The notes under the pieces are model-generated. The model was not told where the DNA came from. It did no database searches and saw nothing but the letters and a program-made list of their open reading frames with translations. A program made the translations under genes and the position numbers. A stretch of DNA of 64,000 bases from Podarcis melisellensis (Eukaryota), in NCBI GenBank assembly GCA_964234715.1, contig OZ174276.1. One strand, 5' to 3'. Shown here piece after piece: positions 52,370 to 64,000 of this stretch (within the stretch, counting starts at the first letter, position 1; each line of letters starts with the position of its first letter).

Positions 52370-52874
52370 CAATTATATGCTTGGAGATATGACCCCAGAG
52401 CCCAGCAGTGACCAGGACCCCAAATTAGATGTTACAATGTCACTGGCTAAGGTTCCTGGATCTGAGCCTGGTGTTGATGGTCAGAGGACTACTGCACCCA
52501 AGGCCGGCAAGCAAAAACCTGCTGAGCCAGTTCTCACAGTTTCAGGATCCCAAGAGCCAGGACTGTGGGGTTACCTTTCCCCAGATCTGAGGAAATAAAT
52601 GCTTCCCACACCACCTCACCAGTCCACAGCACAGAGAGCACACAAGGAGGGAGGCCATGAGGTGCAAGGGCTTTAGGTCAGAACATGGCCCCTTTCAGAG
52701 ACGCCAGTTTTCCAAAAGCAGATTGAACCTATGAGAAGGGACTTAGAGGCGGAAGTTCAAAAGGCTTCAGTTCACTTCTAAGCCTTCCTGAAGCAAGTTG
52801 TTCACTAGGAAGTTTCCTTGGTACCGTAACAACAGACTCACCCTGCCCTGTGGGCTTCATCATGGGATCAGGAC
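52370..52874. mobile_element. Possible decayed solo LTR or other repeat
   Basis: GC-richer block ending in TCAGGACA, reminiscent of squamate LTR ends; no TSD established. Confidence 0.3.
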
Positions 52875-53089
52875 AAGATGGGACATATTGCTGAAACTCA
52901 TGCTCACTTACACCCCATCCTCCTGTCTGGGGCAGCTGTAAGGAGGAGAGCAGAAGTATTTGCTTCCAGTCTCAAATGAACCAAAGTTCCTTATTACTTG
53001 GGAACTTGAGGGAATTCTAGTTAGTGAAGAAGCCAGGATCATATACCAAGGGTTCATCCTGGCTTTTTTAAATTAATCATAGTCTTAAC

Positions 53090-53215
53090 CAGGGCATTTT
53101 TTCAAACAGAACTCAGTTCCAGCACCTCTCAGGTGGGTGCCATTGCCATTATAAGAGAACAAGGAAGGCATTCATGATGAGTTCCAGCACCTCTTTTTCT
53201 AGAAAAATACCAGTG
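53090..53215. mobile_element. Short non-autonomous DNA element (hAT-like)
   Basis: Imperfect terminal inverted ends CAGGGCATTTTTT...AAAAATACCAGTG and an internal direct repeat AGTTCCAGCACCTCT. Confidence 0.55.
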
Positions 53216-54486
53216 ATTTAAACAAGCCATAGTTTCAATAACGGTAGAACAGGGGAGGTGGGAGTACACTAGTCTGAGGCTCATTTGCTTAATCCAAAGT
53301 TTAGTCTTATGTTCAAAAAGGCACCGCACCTGCCTTTTAGACATGCTTCTCTATAAAGTAGATATGTGCCACTTCAAATACAGCTTAACCCACATTGAAC
53401 ACTTGCTTGATAATGTGTGCTGATGGGCTTTTGCAGCAAAAGTCCTTCTGCTTTACAAAATATCTGATATTCCTTCAAAGTATTTTGTTTTGCTTAAATA
53501 CATTTAGCAGCTTGGTGGTAGACTCTGCTACTGCAGGTGACCTTTAAGGAATACATTTACAATGTATAGTATGAATTAAATTGACTGCAGTCCCTCAGGA
53601 AATGAATTTCAAGCCAGTCTTGTAAAGAAGTATTGCTGCTTGGAAGGACAGGGCTTTTACTCGTGAGCCTGTAGTGAATTGCATTATGCAGCAAGTGAGG
53701 GAGGTCTTCCAGTTTCCATAAGCTATTCTGCTTTTTAGAGGTCTAAATTTTGGGTACTTACCTGTACCCAAAATTTCAATCTAAACATTCTCTCTTCTGA
53801 TGAGCTGCCTAGCTGTGCTTGTGGAGGGGGGGAATAAACCAGTAGTTGCTATAGTATTTTAGTTGCCTTTTTGCAGAGGGCTTAGGAAATAAACACCAAC
53901 AAGAAACCTTTTGTGGTAGCTATTTCAATTCCACTTAGAAACATGGTTTGAAAGCACAGGGGGCTTGAGGAAGGGGCCCCATCAACTCAGCTCTCTGGAA
54001 ATAACCTCTCCCACCAGACCACCCCAATGATTCTTGCAAGATGCTATTTAGTTTACCAAGGTCATCATTAGCTATGTGAATGTATGGGGGGAGTGTACTC
54101 TCCAAAACATTGCCCAGATTTGGGAGGGGTGGGACTTGCTCTCCTGGATTATATGCATTTGGCAAAAGATTTTTTGTTTTTGGAGATAATAACCTTTTCC
54201 TGGCATAGGTTCAAATGAGATAATATTACAGTACAAGTTTGCATTGTCTACTTAGAAATCAAACTCAAATTAGCTCAGTTTTTTCTTGCTTGGTTGGTGG
54301 AAGTCTGCCAATGCTGAAGGTATTTATATTGTAAGATTCAACCAACAAAGAAGAAAGAGGTTGTGCCCATCAGTTTGAGCGAGTCTCCTCTCACAAGACA
54401 AACTCTTGCAAAGTAGCTCTCTTGTTGAGTCCTAGGCCCAAATGAGCAGCAAAGGACAACCCCAAAATGGTCAAATAAAAACTTTG

Positions 54487-54530
54487 ACACACACACACAC
54501 ACACACACACACACCACCACCACCACCACC
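54487..54530 (+). repeat. (AC)n followed by (CAC)n microsatellite
   Basis: Directly visible. Confidence 0.95.
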
Positions 54531-54811
54531 CCATGTCACAGAAAGCACTCTAACACAGAGCTGTTCTTCTTCCAGTGTGATAACTGAAAAAGAACTGAGC
54601 AGGAAGTTATGAACATGGACAGTAAGGATTTGGCATGTGCCAAAAATCTAGCCTAGCTTGAGAGATATGCCAAATGAGCTAAGCTATACACAGGTACAGA
54701 AACCCTATGTGTGATTGCACAGAGGGACCATGAAAAAGAAAGATGTCAGTTGCTCTTTACTAATTTTCTTAATATGGTCTCAGATAATTGCAAAGTGGTA
54801 AAATGAATCAG

Positions 54812-55174
54812 GTGGACGCGGGTGGCGCTGTGGGTAAAAGCCTCAGCGCCTAGGGCTTGCCGATCGAAAGGTCGGCGGTTCGAATCCCCGCGGCAGGGTG
54901 CGCTCCCGTTGCTCGGTCCCAGCGCCTGCCAACCTAGCAGTTCGAAAGCACCCTCGGGTGCAAGTAGATAAATAGGGACCGCTTTCTAGCGGGAAGGTAA
55001 ACGGCGTTTCCGTGTGCAGCTCTGGCTCGCCAGAGCAGCAATGTCACACTGGCCACGTGACCCGGAAGTGTCTTCGGACAGCGCTGGCCCCTGGCCTCTT
55101 GAGTGAGATGGGCGCACAACCCCAGAGTCTGGCAAGACTGGCCCGTACGGGCAGGGGTACCTTTACCTTTGCCT
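54812..55174 (+). mobile_element. Full-length Sauria SINE (Squam1 type)
   Basis: Pol III A box TGGCGCTGTGG (54823), B box GGTTCGAATCC (54877), (ACCTTT)n tail, perfect 13-bp TSD TAAAATGAATCAG at 54799-54811 and 55175-55187. Confidence 0.95.
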
Positions 55175-58100
55175 TAAAATGAATCAGAGTGGAAACACAA
55201 GTGTTCCTTGTTTATTTCTGCAAGTGATCTATAAATTGTGTTTCACTGGCCCAACAATAGTGTCATTGACACTTCAATTTAGAGCCTTTATTATTAAGGC
55301 TCTTGAAGGATTCAGTGTTACACAGGCAACACTAGCACATCAGATCTCTACATGTGTATCCAACTCTATGGAAAGGAACATGTTTCTTTTTCAACCAAAG
55401 GGTAATAGACTGTCTTTAACAGTGTAATAATTATAACTTTTCCCCTAGCCATATGAAACAGAAGCTAATGAGTTGGAATGGAAAGGAATTCAATGTCAAT
55501 ACATCTTTTAAACCTGGATCTTCTGAAACACTGATAGCAGTTGAACTTGTGTGTTTTTTCTGTGCTACTTTGCTTCTGGTGCGCTATTGCAAAGACGTAT
55601 TTGATGGAGAAGCAAATACCAAAAAGGTTTCTAACCTATTAAACAATGAGATATGTAATAAACAAAAATCCTACATTTCAACCTTAAGACTAGATTGTGC
55701 CATTTCTTTAAGAGCCTTTTAAAGGGCACGAGCAGTAGAATTTTAAAATATGCAAATGTATTTAAATATAATCAATCAGTTAAAAGCTATAAAATGATTT
55801 AAAAAACTAATCAGTTGACAGCACTAGTTAGAAATAAGAAGGTAATCGGTCTACTAACTTAGAATTAATGTCCTCAAAAATATTTATGAGAGCTGATATT
55901 TTTCAATAAACTATAAAAGGATTCTGAATGTATCCTCACACAAAAAACAGCCCGCTTTCAGGTTCATTAAAAGACAGGGAAACACTTAATAATAATAAAG
56001 TCTTTCTGCCAAAAATAAGGTTCACTTGATTATAGAATTTCGAAGAGAGGCATTCAGCTACATCACCAAGATAAAGTAAAACCTTAGACATCACAAATGG
56101 CTTGCTTCCAAATGATCCTGCTGCTTTGGGTATCAAGCATTTCAGTGATTTGCATAAGGTATTTTAAAGCAACAAAGCATCAAGTTGTAACACATACTAA
56201 AATAAAATCCTTTACATGCAATTTTATAACAGCCCTCACCACCAGCTAAGTAGCCGTGGAGATTTCCTACAGCATTGTGGGAAAGTGCCTGCTGCTTTGA
56301 GTGAATGCATTAGCTTTGCTAAAGCTTTCTTTACTGTGTAGCAGATCCAGTGACTGACTCATAAACTGTCAATTGTTAGAGAGCACCTTTCTTGATCTAA
56401 GCGGTACATTTTGGAAGGGAGGGCTTTTCTTCTGAATGCACAAACACTCTCACACATATATCTAGCAAACTTTATAGAATGATACAACACGGAATGGCAG
56501 CGGCTGTGGTCAGTGGAGGCTGACTAGAACACTAGAATGCTGTGCACCACACAGTTAATCAGCCCCAAGGGCCAATCTGCCAATCTACAAAAAGATCTTG
56601 CCAGTTACACAAGAGGCTGCCTGTCTACCCTTTCACCTGAAGGTAATATATTGCTGTTGCTGTTGTCATTTAAACAGCTCCTTGAGATACAGAAAAGAAA
56701 TCTAGTCTAGTGTCATCATGATGCCATTGAGAAGATCAGCCCACTTTTGAGCACTGCATTGTTCATTTCTAAATGACAGGATTTCATGCACTATTTTGGT
56801 TTCTAAACAACATTCAAGAACTGCAGACTATTTCATTTTCAAAATAAACAGAGCAGGAGCTAACTCTGATACAAAGAGAGCTCAAACGTGGATTTTAAGA
56901 GACAAAACCAATACTGCCTTGTGTTTTTATGATAGATATCTATTTGTAATACAGCACAAAAGCTTCTCACATTCTAAACAAATTGCTTGCTGCTAATAAT
57001 CACACCATACTTAATGGTATCTAACTTCCTAATCCAATTTTAGAGAAACAAATCCAATAATTACTTACATATGCTTTTTAATGATTACAATCTCAGAGGA
57101 ATCCCAACTCTACACAAAAGCATTAAGAAATTGTATATGGATTTTATTAATGCAATGAATGGGATCAGTCACCCAGATTTCAATTACTATAAAAGCTTTT
57201 AAGCACATTTCTACAACAGAAGGAAGGAATGCATACAGAAGTGACAAAAACTGCTTAATCCCCATAGTGTTGATTTCTCACTGTTTTAGACTTCCAGTAT
57301 CATCAGATCAAATTCTGTACTATGCTCTCTTCCACTCCTAAAATAAAGGAACCCAACCCCCTCCAAGCACACACAAAAACCCCTTGCATTTCTTCATCAG
57401 CAGGAGGAAAGAGAGGTGCAACACAAGAGAGTATTCTGGAATAGGAACAGTTAAACCCAGCAATGCATTCTTGGCCACTGCTGTGACAGGATTTATTTAC
57501 AGCTTCCATTAAACACAGCAGCTCCATTACAAAGTGCTGTATGTGAGAAGAATTTTTGATTATACAATGCAAGTGCCGTACTGCATAAAACATAGCATGC
57601 CAACGTATTTCCCCCCCACCCATAATTGGTTTGGGTCATTGTTTGATGGGTTTATGAATTCATTACAGGAAACAGATGGATCCCATAAATCAGAGCAATT
57701 CATCCAGCCAATCAAATGGGCAATTCCCCCCATCTCCTCCTCCCTCCCCCCCCCCATTCTTAATGAAGCCACTTCCTTCGTGTCCAAAACTGTGTATGGT
57801 GTATTGAGAAAGAAGTTGTTAAAGCAACCTCAAAACAGGAACAGGAAACAGGAAACACCCTTTAAATAAAACCAATAAGGTAATCACACCCACAAAGAGG
57901 TACCCCCATTGAAGCCAGATACAAAGAAAAGAACTTACCCAGTTCAGCTGAAACACAGGAACTAAACCAGAAAGGGTAAAATGTTCTGCTTTTTAGTAAG
58001 TTCTGTTTTTAATAGCAAGAAAACAGTTTTATAATGGAAATGCTTATTTTGCCCCCCATTCCACTTTCAGATGGTGAATTTTTATTCAGAAAATTACTTC

Positions 58101-61100
58101 CTTTGTCTACTAAACTCTCAAGTTTGACAACAGTGACATCTGCTGGTAAAAGTGAAGGTATCACAAATGTTACATAAGTAATGTTTCATATGTAGGTAGG
58201 TCTCTGCTATGTCTGTCTACACACAGAAAATTCCAAACCATGTGTAAAATGAAGTTTTACTCTAAGTGGTGCTTTTTTAAAAACAAATGAACAAGGTTTG
58301 TAATTTTTCTTCAACCCTGCTACTTTAAAGATTTTAGTTACAATCTTCACATCTCTTTCTCTAAAATAGCACTACTGAAAGACAATAAGGCTTTTCTGAT
58401 TTATAGATTCAAGATTAACACTCCAGTCCTAAGCATATAGGATGACGACAATTCCACTGGTTTCAAAAGGAACCTATTGCCACATAAGAGTGCATAGAGT
58501 TTTAGAAGAAGATATCAACCAAACTCTTTTGTTTAAACACTCACTTAGATATAGACAGGATACTAAGAGCATTTTGATAAAACCATCTAGGTTTGCTTGC
58601 TGTTGCTTGTGTTCCATATTCTATTAGGATGAAGGTGGGGGCAGAGGTGGAGGGAGACCAAACATCCCTGACTTTCCATTTAGATTGTGGCCTTTACAAG
58701 TTTTACATTATGAAAGTAACCTTACACATGACATAAGACATAAAATTATACTGGCAAATGGACTTATAAATGCTTTCAAACAATATTTTACTAAAAAGTA
58801 CTCTTTGGGGTTTGGTAAATTTACAAAAAGATACTTAAATTCATGTATTTATTTATTCATGAGGAAGAATTCCAAATGCCACATTTACACGTCTGTTTTT
58901 AGCCCTTGTCCTCAACTGTGACAAGCTCTTGTATGGGTAAACATTTCCAACGAATTAGTTCAGTTATGCAATTTGCCATTTGCATGTCCACCTGGGGTGA
59001 GTAGAGGGTGCCCCCTGATGAACATTCATGTTTTAACCTGCACCTACAGAGGCCAGAGAGACAAATATCCTAACAAAGTACTACTGGTGAAGATTTTAGC
59101 ATAACTCCTAAGAGACATGCTCTCTTTCCTACATAAGGATTTGTATGCAGAATGTCTTTCCAGTTCAGTTCCACTCACAGACTCACAGTCTTTTCTATCT
59201 GTGGGTCTTAAATCAGAGGGACAACACATCAGTTTAGCCTGTTCTCATCTGAATACCTTTTTAATGGGCCTCAAGGTGTGAAGCATAATTTATTCTGAAA
59301 GCGCACACCAAGACATATGATCATCAAATGAAGTTGGTAGATAACTACCCATCCTAAATGGCTATTATAAAACAGTGAAATTTATTTGCCATCTATTCAG
59401 CAGCCTTTGATTCAGACAAATTAATTCCTAATTTTTGTGCTAGAGAAGCTGCTTGAAAATATGTCATCCAGAAAGAATTTAAAACCATCAGTGGGATACC
59501 AACGTTTTATGAGGAAGCCATGGTAACTTATAGGTTCTACAATGAATGAGTCACAAATCACATTTTTCAGAGGGAGCATTTCCTATCACTCAGTACAAAT
59601 TACACATTTTCACTTGAATCTGACTTGCTTATCCTCCCTCAAGCATATAAATACAAGTACACTAAGAATAGCATTTAATGTGTTGCACTTTAATTTTGAG
59701 AGCTTCAAACATTCTGCTTTTACGTATACTTTCCTACATTAACAGCCTCTCTTAAAACTGGGCTTTTAAAAATCCATTATTTCTGCATCTCTTCGGGATC
59801 CCTGGAGATGCTGCTATCATACCATCTATATTGAATCTTGGTAGAACATATGGAACCAGGGTTGCTATCTGGAAACAGAACTTATCTATTTCTTTCTTTG
59901 TTAACTAGCTTAGCTGTCTTGATACTATATTTCCTATTGCCTCATCAATAACTGTCCTTATGGAAAATGGGTACCTATCCTTAACACAGCCCTTCAGAAT
60001 GCTGATGTACAGGAACAGACAGACTCTAAACAAAGAACTGAGAGGGCCATGAAAACTGGTTATATAGACCAACCCATGTCTGTGTGAGTCAAAAGTTATT
60101 TAGCTCCTTTCCTTGCAATAGTGAATTTGGCAGAGGCCTCCTCTTAAGCACCTCAGATGGTGTCTAGACTACAGTTTGCTCCACTTTGATCTTCCATATT
60201 GAATCTTTTATTGCAGAAAAATGAGTGCAGAAACTGGTAAAAATGGAGTGATAAAATTAGAGCTGGGGTTCCCCAATACAGAATAAGATGTAAGGCCCAC
60301 CCACAGGCAAAGGTGAGTCCAGTAGGAGGCATCATTCTTATCAAGTATGTCTCCTAGCAGCATCTGGCAAACTGCAAAACTAGAAGCCATTCTGACAATT
60401 TTGCTCCAAAGCAGGTTAGTAGCACTGGTTTCTTCAGTAAAGGTTGGAAAGCTGCTTTTTAAGGCAAAGTGAGGCCCATTCCCATCCTTCCCACCCTCCT
60501 GAACCAGTGTCCCAATGGTAGCAAATCCTGATTATTGTTGGCCTTGATGCATGCGCTGCACCCCTTAGCTACCTCTGCTGTCAGACAGTGGTTGCCAGAG
60601 CAAGGCAGCAATATGGAGCTAGCCTCCCAACACTGCTGTTTCCCCAAATGCTGTGGGGGTGAGGCAGCAGGCAAGGTACCCCAGAACAGCTGTGGAACAA
60701 AGTCGGTCCAGTTTTCCCACTATGGTAAGTTGTAATGAAGCTACTGCTGGAGGCCAGCTCCACAGTGCTGCCCACCTAAGTCTTCAGGTACAGTGGATAA
60801 TCTATGTTGATTCAATAATCAACATAATAATAATCTATGTTAAAGCAAGGCTCAACTATCAGTAACAGTGACTTTTGTATGTGGAATTGTGGGCTGGATG
60901 TCAACCTCAACCAGTAAAGATTCTGATTTCATCTGTAGACATTTTGCTATCTGTGCTAACTTACACAATTAGTTGTCTGCATTCCCCAAGCATCTTCTTT
61001 ACATGAGTGGGTTACAAGTAAAAAATCATCCAAGGAATTAAACCAAGACCATCACTCCCAACCCTACATTCTGTCTATAAGCTGGGTCTAAATAACCTCA

Positions 61101-62010
61101 GCAAGCTGTAAGAAATTGTGTATCTGAACAGGAAACAAATGCATCACAAAATACTCATTTCAGCTGAAACCTACCAAGCATAATTTTGCTATAGCGGAAG
61201 CAAAATAGGAATAAAAAGTAGTAACTGAAAGTATAATCATAATGGCAACATTTTAAAAATAGTAAATGTGATCGGTCCTAGCTCAAGCCAAGTATTATTC
61301 CAGTCTTCTGCCATATTACTTGAACTGCATCAGCTTCCTTGTATAGCAGCAGTCTGTAGTGCCACAGCGGGGGCAGAGGACACCCAAGTGCTGTTGTATT
61401 CATTGCCAAGATCAGCATTCTGCTCTGCCATCAGCAGAGCAATCATCTGTGTCAGTGGGCATGCAACTGGAATTGAGTTTATTCAAAGAGATATAAAAGG
61501 CCAGAGATCTAAGCCAGCAAAAGGTAATAACACAATGGTGGCATCTTTGACACTCCTGTCACAGCACCTCATTCCAGGCCAGCACAAATAATAATCCCAA
61601 CATGATCCTGCCATGTAGAATTGGCGGGTTAGAACCAAAGCTGGCCCAGTTCCACAGGTATGATGATATCATATAAATATTAAGTCTCAAACTTTTCAGC
61701 ACCACTTCAGAAGCAATACAAGAAGATTAGGCTTCTCAGCATCAAGGTGTCTGGTAGATTTTTCAGTCTCGAACTCTACTAAGGGACACATTCCATGGTG
61801 AAGCCAAACATGAAGATAGCAATAAAATCAAAGATCAGTCAAAATAGGTACTTTGCTATATTTCACTTCACATTTTCTTTCTGGTTGTTTCAACAGCAAT
61901 TCTTTTCTTATTTCCAATACATACACAATTTATGCTCCTAAAATTACAGGATCGTCTTTTTAAATGTTTTTAATTCAAAAGAACAGTGAATTTCCATAAT
62001 ACCCATACAA

Positions 62011-62116
62011 ACTCATAATCTCATGGTTGTGGATTCAAGCCCCACATTGGACAATAGATTCCTGCACTGCAGAAGGTTGGACTAGATGACCCTTGTGGTC
62101 CCTCTACAATTCTATG
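62011..62116 (+). mobile_element. 5'-truncated tRNA-Lys/CR1-tail SINE (same family as 50469)
   Basis: ACTCATAATCTCATGGTTGTGGATTCAAGCCCCACATTGG resembles the tRNA-Lys 3' half; shares the segment GGACTAGATGACCCTTGTGGTCCCT with the 50469 copy. Confidence 0.82.
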
Positions 62117-62149
62117 GTCAGGTTCCAAGACTGCTCCATGTTTACCATC

Positions 62150-63112
62150 TGCTATGAGAATGATGTGATTGGAAAGGACCTCAAAGATCATCTAGCCCAG
62201 GGATGGGAAACTTTCAGCCCTCCAGAAGTGTTTGAACTCCCAACTTCAATTGGCCAGTCAACACGGCCAATGATCAACCACAATGGAAGTTGTAGTCCAC
62301 AAAATTCTGGAGGGCCACAGATTCCTCACCTCTGATTTACCCCAACTCCATGCCAATCAGGAAATCTGCTACTGGAGCATCCCCAATAGGTAGCAGGGTC
62401 AGCCTAAGGTATTTTGGCACCTGAGATGGACCACAAAATGGCACCCACCCCTCTGGCCAAAGAAGGAAATAATGAAGATATTGGGAACAAGCAGAAGGGA
62501 TCAAATCAACCTTACCCTATGGCTGAACTGGGAATCAAAGGTGGGTGCAGGTCCCAAGAGACTCTGCCATTTCCCCAATAGGGATGGGAGGAGACCAGCA
62601 GTGCCTCTTTTTCACTGAGAGGCCACTGTGGAGGCATCATTGGGGGTGGGGTTGCTCAGGAGAAGACAGATCTGGCCTCCAAGTAGTGCGCTGCAGTTGC
62701 TGCTAGCAACATGGCGGCAGCAGTGGGCGATGCATTTCTCAGAGGCTGAATCTGCACTCCCTGTGGATCCTGCTACTCAAAGTGGTCACTGTAGCTTGCC
62801 TCATGGACAGGCCAGCCCCAAGAGGTAGCCATCCAGCCTCTGATTAGAAACCTCTGTTAGACAAGTCCACCACCTTCCAAGGCAATCAGTACTACTGTCA
62901 AGAAGCTTGCAATGTCAGAACACTTTTTCCTAATATGTAGTCTAAATCCTCTTTCCTGTAATTTGAACCCATAGGATCAGGTCCTACCTTCTGGAACAAC
63001 AGAAATGAATTACTCCATTATCTATGTGACAGCTCTCAGATATGACTATCATATGAAGATGACTAACATATTACCTCTTAATTCTCTTGTCTTTACGCTA
63101 AACATACCCAAT
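62150..63112 (-). mobile_element. CR1 LINE 3' fragment split by two hAT-type MITEs (62198-62334 and 62394-62820)
   Basis: CR1-like pieces (GGAAAGGACC..ATCATCTAG; CATCCAGCCTCTG..CACCACCTTCCAAGG; AATTTGAACCCAT) rejoin when the inserts are removed; imperfect 8-bp TSDs ATCTAGCC/ATTTACCC and ATAGGTAG/AGAGGTAG. Confidence 0.75.
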
Positions 63113-64000
63113 TAGCAAGGAGTTGTGCTGCCATAGATGTGATGGCTATGGGAAAAGGCAAGACTTTATGCAGAGCAATTCAGCCGTGCCTCCACTGCCA
63201 AACATGCTCACATATTCAAACCTACCAACAAAACCAAAATACCTAGAGGTTTGCTTTACAGACCAAACAAAAGCTGAATTTCTCAGGATGCTGAGAATTC
63301 TGCACCTTATACACAACTCTGCAATTGTATTGTTCGTGACAAAGAATACAACATGGTGTACTATATTAAACATGTCGCACATCTTTGCACCAAGAAGCAG
63401 AAGGTAAGGACATAGGTATGTATTACCTGCTATAATATGTTATAGAGTATGGACTATGTTTTAATGTCAGCCAAAGCAATTCAATTTTCAGAGGATTCTG
63501 AAGAAATCTGTAAAAAAAATAACTGATCTATCACAGGAGGTGGAACAGAAAACACATGAAGAGATTGTACAGGGTTCCAGTTCATGAGGACAATGTATGA
63601 GGTCTGAACATCGGATTCAGCTACGTTCTGAATTGAATCAGGCTGAATTGGTTGATTTGTGCCCTGCCTCTGTCAGGTTGAAGCAGCTACAAATCAAAAC
63701 AGATAAAGTTGTCCCAAATCAATCTGTAGCAGTTTGTGCTGATCTGTAGCTCAGGAAGTCAAGCATACCAACTTCAAACTGCTGCAATTATTAATTACAA
63801 TGCCCTATAAGGAATATGCCAAGGTGTGGAGAGGGGCAGAAGGATCTCACACCACCCAATACTCTCCAATCACAGGACTTTGGCTAATAGGAGCTGCAGG
63901 GCTAGTCTAGAATGCTATCATTCTACCCAACACTCTCCAAGTTCTATCTTTCCAGAAGTGTACAGTGGAGTGAGATGGGGTTTGTTTTCTGTTCTTTCCC

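Noticed and set aside
14038-62334. Recurrent CCCTCCAGATGTT..ACTACAACTCCCATCATCCC motif as a CRISPR-like or regulatory repeat array
   Set aside because: Copies are dispersed, irregularly spaced and embedded in TIR/TSD-bounded MITEs in a vertebrate genome.
48660-64000. Upstream TNRC6C exons or a second gene
   Set aside because: I found no supportable exon, CpG-island promoter or coding signature by eye; treated as intron, though a micro-exon could have been missed.

Overview
Vertebrate (squamate, probably lacertid lizard, judged from Sauria-type and tRNA-Lys/CR1-tailed SINEs) genomic DNA lying wholly inside one minus-strand gene, TNRC6C (GW182 family; Argonaute-binding scaffold of miRNA silencing). 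I traced 15 coding exons from 48659 down to 395 with canonical AG/GT boundaries and compatible phases. They cover an N-terminal REVPPRF region, the 2.6-kb GW/WG-repeat Ago-binding exon, the UBA domain, the Q-rich region, PAM2 and a 117-nt cassette exon. I did not find the first exon(s) in the window, and the RRM/C-terminal exons lie beyond its left edge. One expected 40-codon exon is not visible and most likely sits in an N gap (12714-12861); the other N gap (34854-34993) is inside the large exon and keeps the frame. Introns carry TA-flanked Tc1/mariner-type MITEs, palindromic hAT-type MITEs, SINEs, CR1/L2 fragments and microsatellites. There is no CRISPR array, rRNA or true tRNA, and I see no clearly new biological system. 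The best leads are candidate unannotated splicing events, all inferences that need RNA-seq: a poison exon with a perfect TACTAAC just after the PAM2 exon, an in-frame alternative first or cassette exon beside promoter-like motifs 2.2 kb upstream of the large exon, tandem acceptors, and long intronic read-through frames. Comparisons with human TNRC6 proteins are from memory, not from a search.
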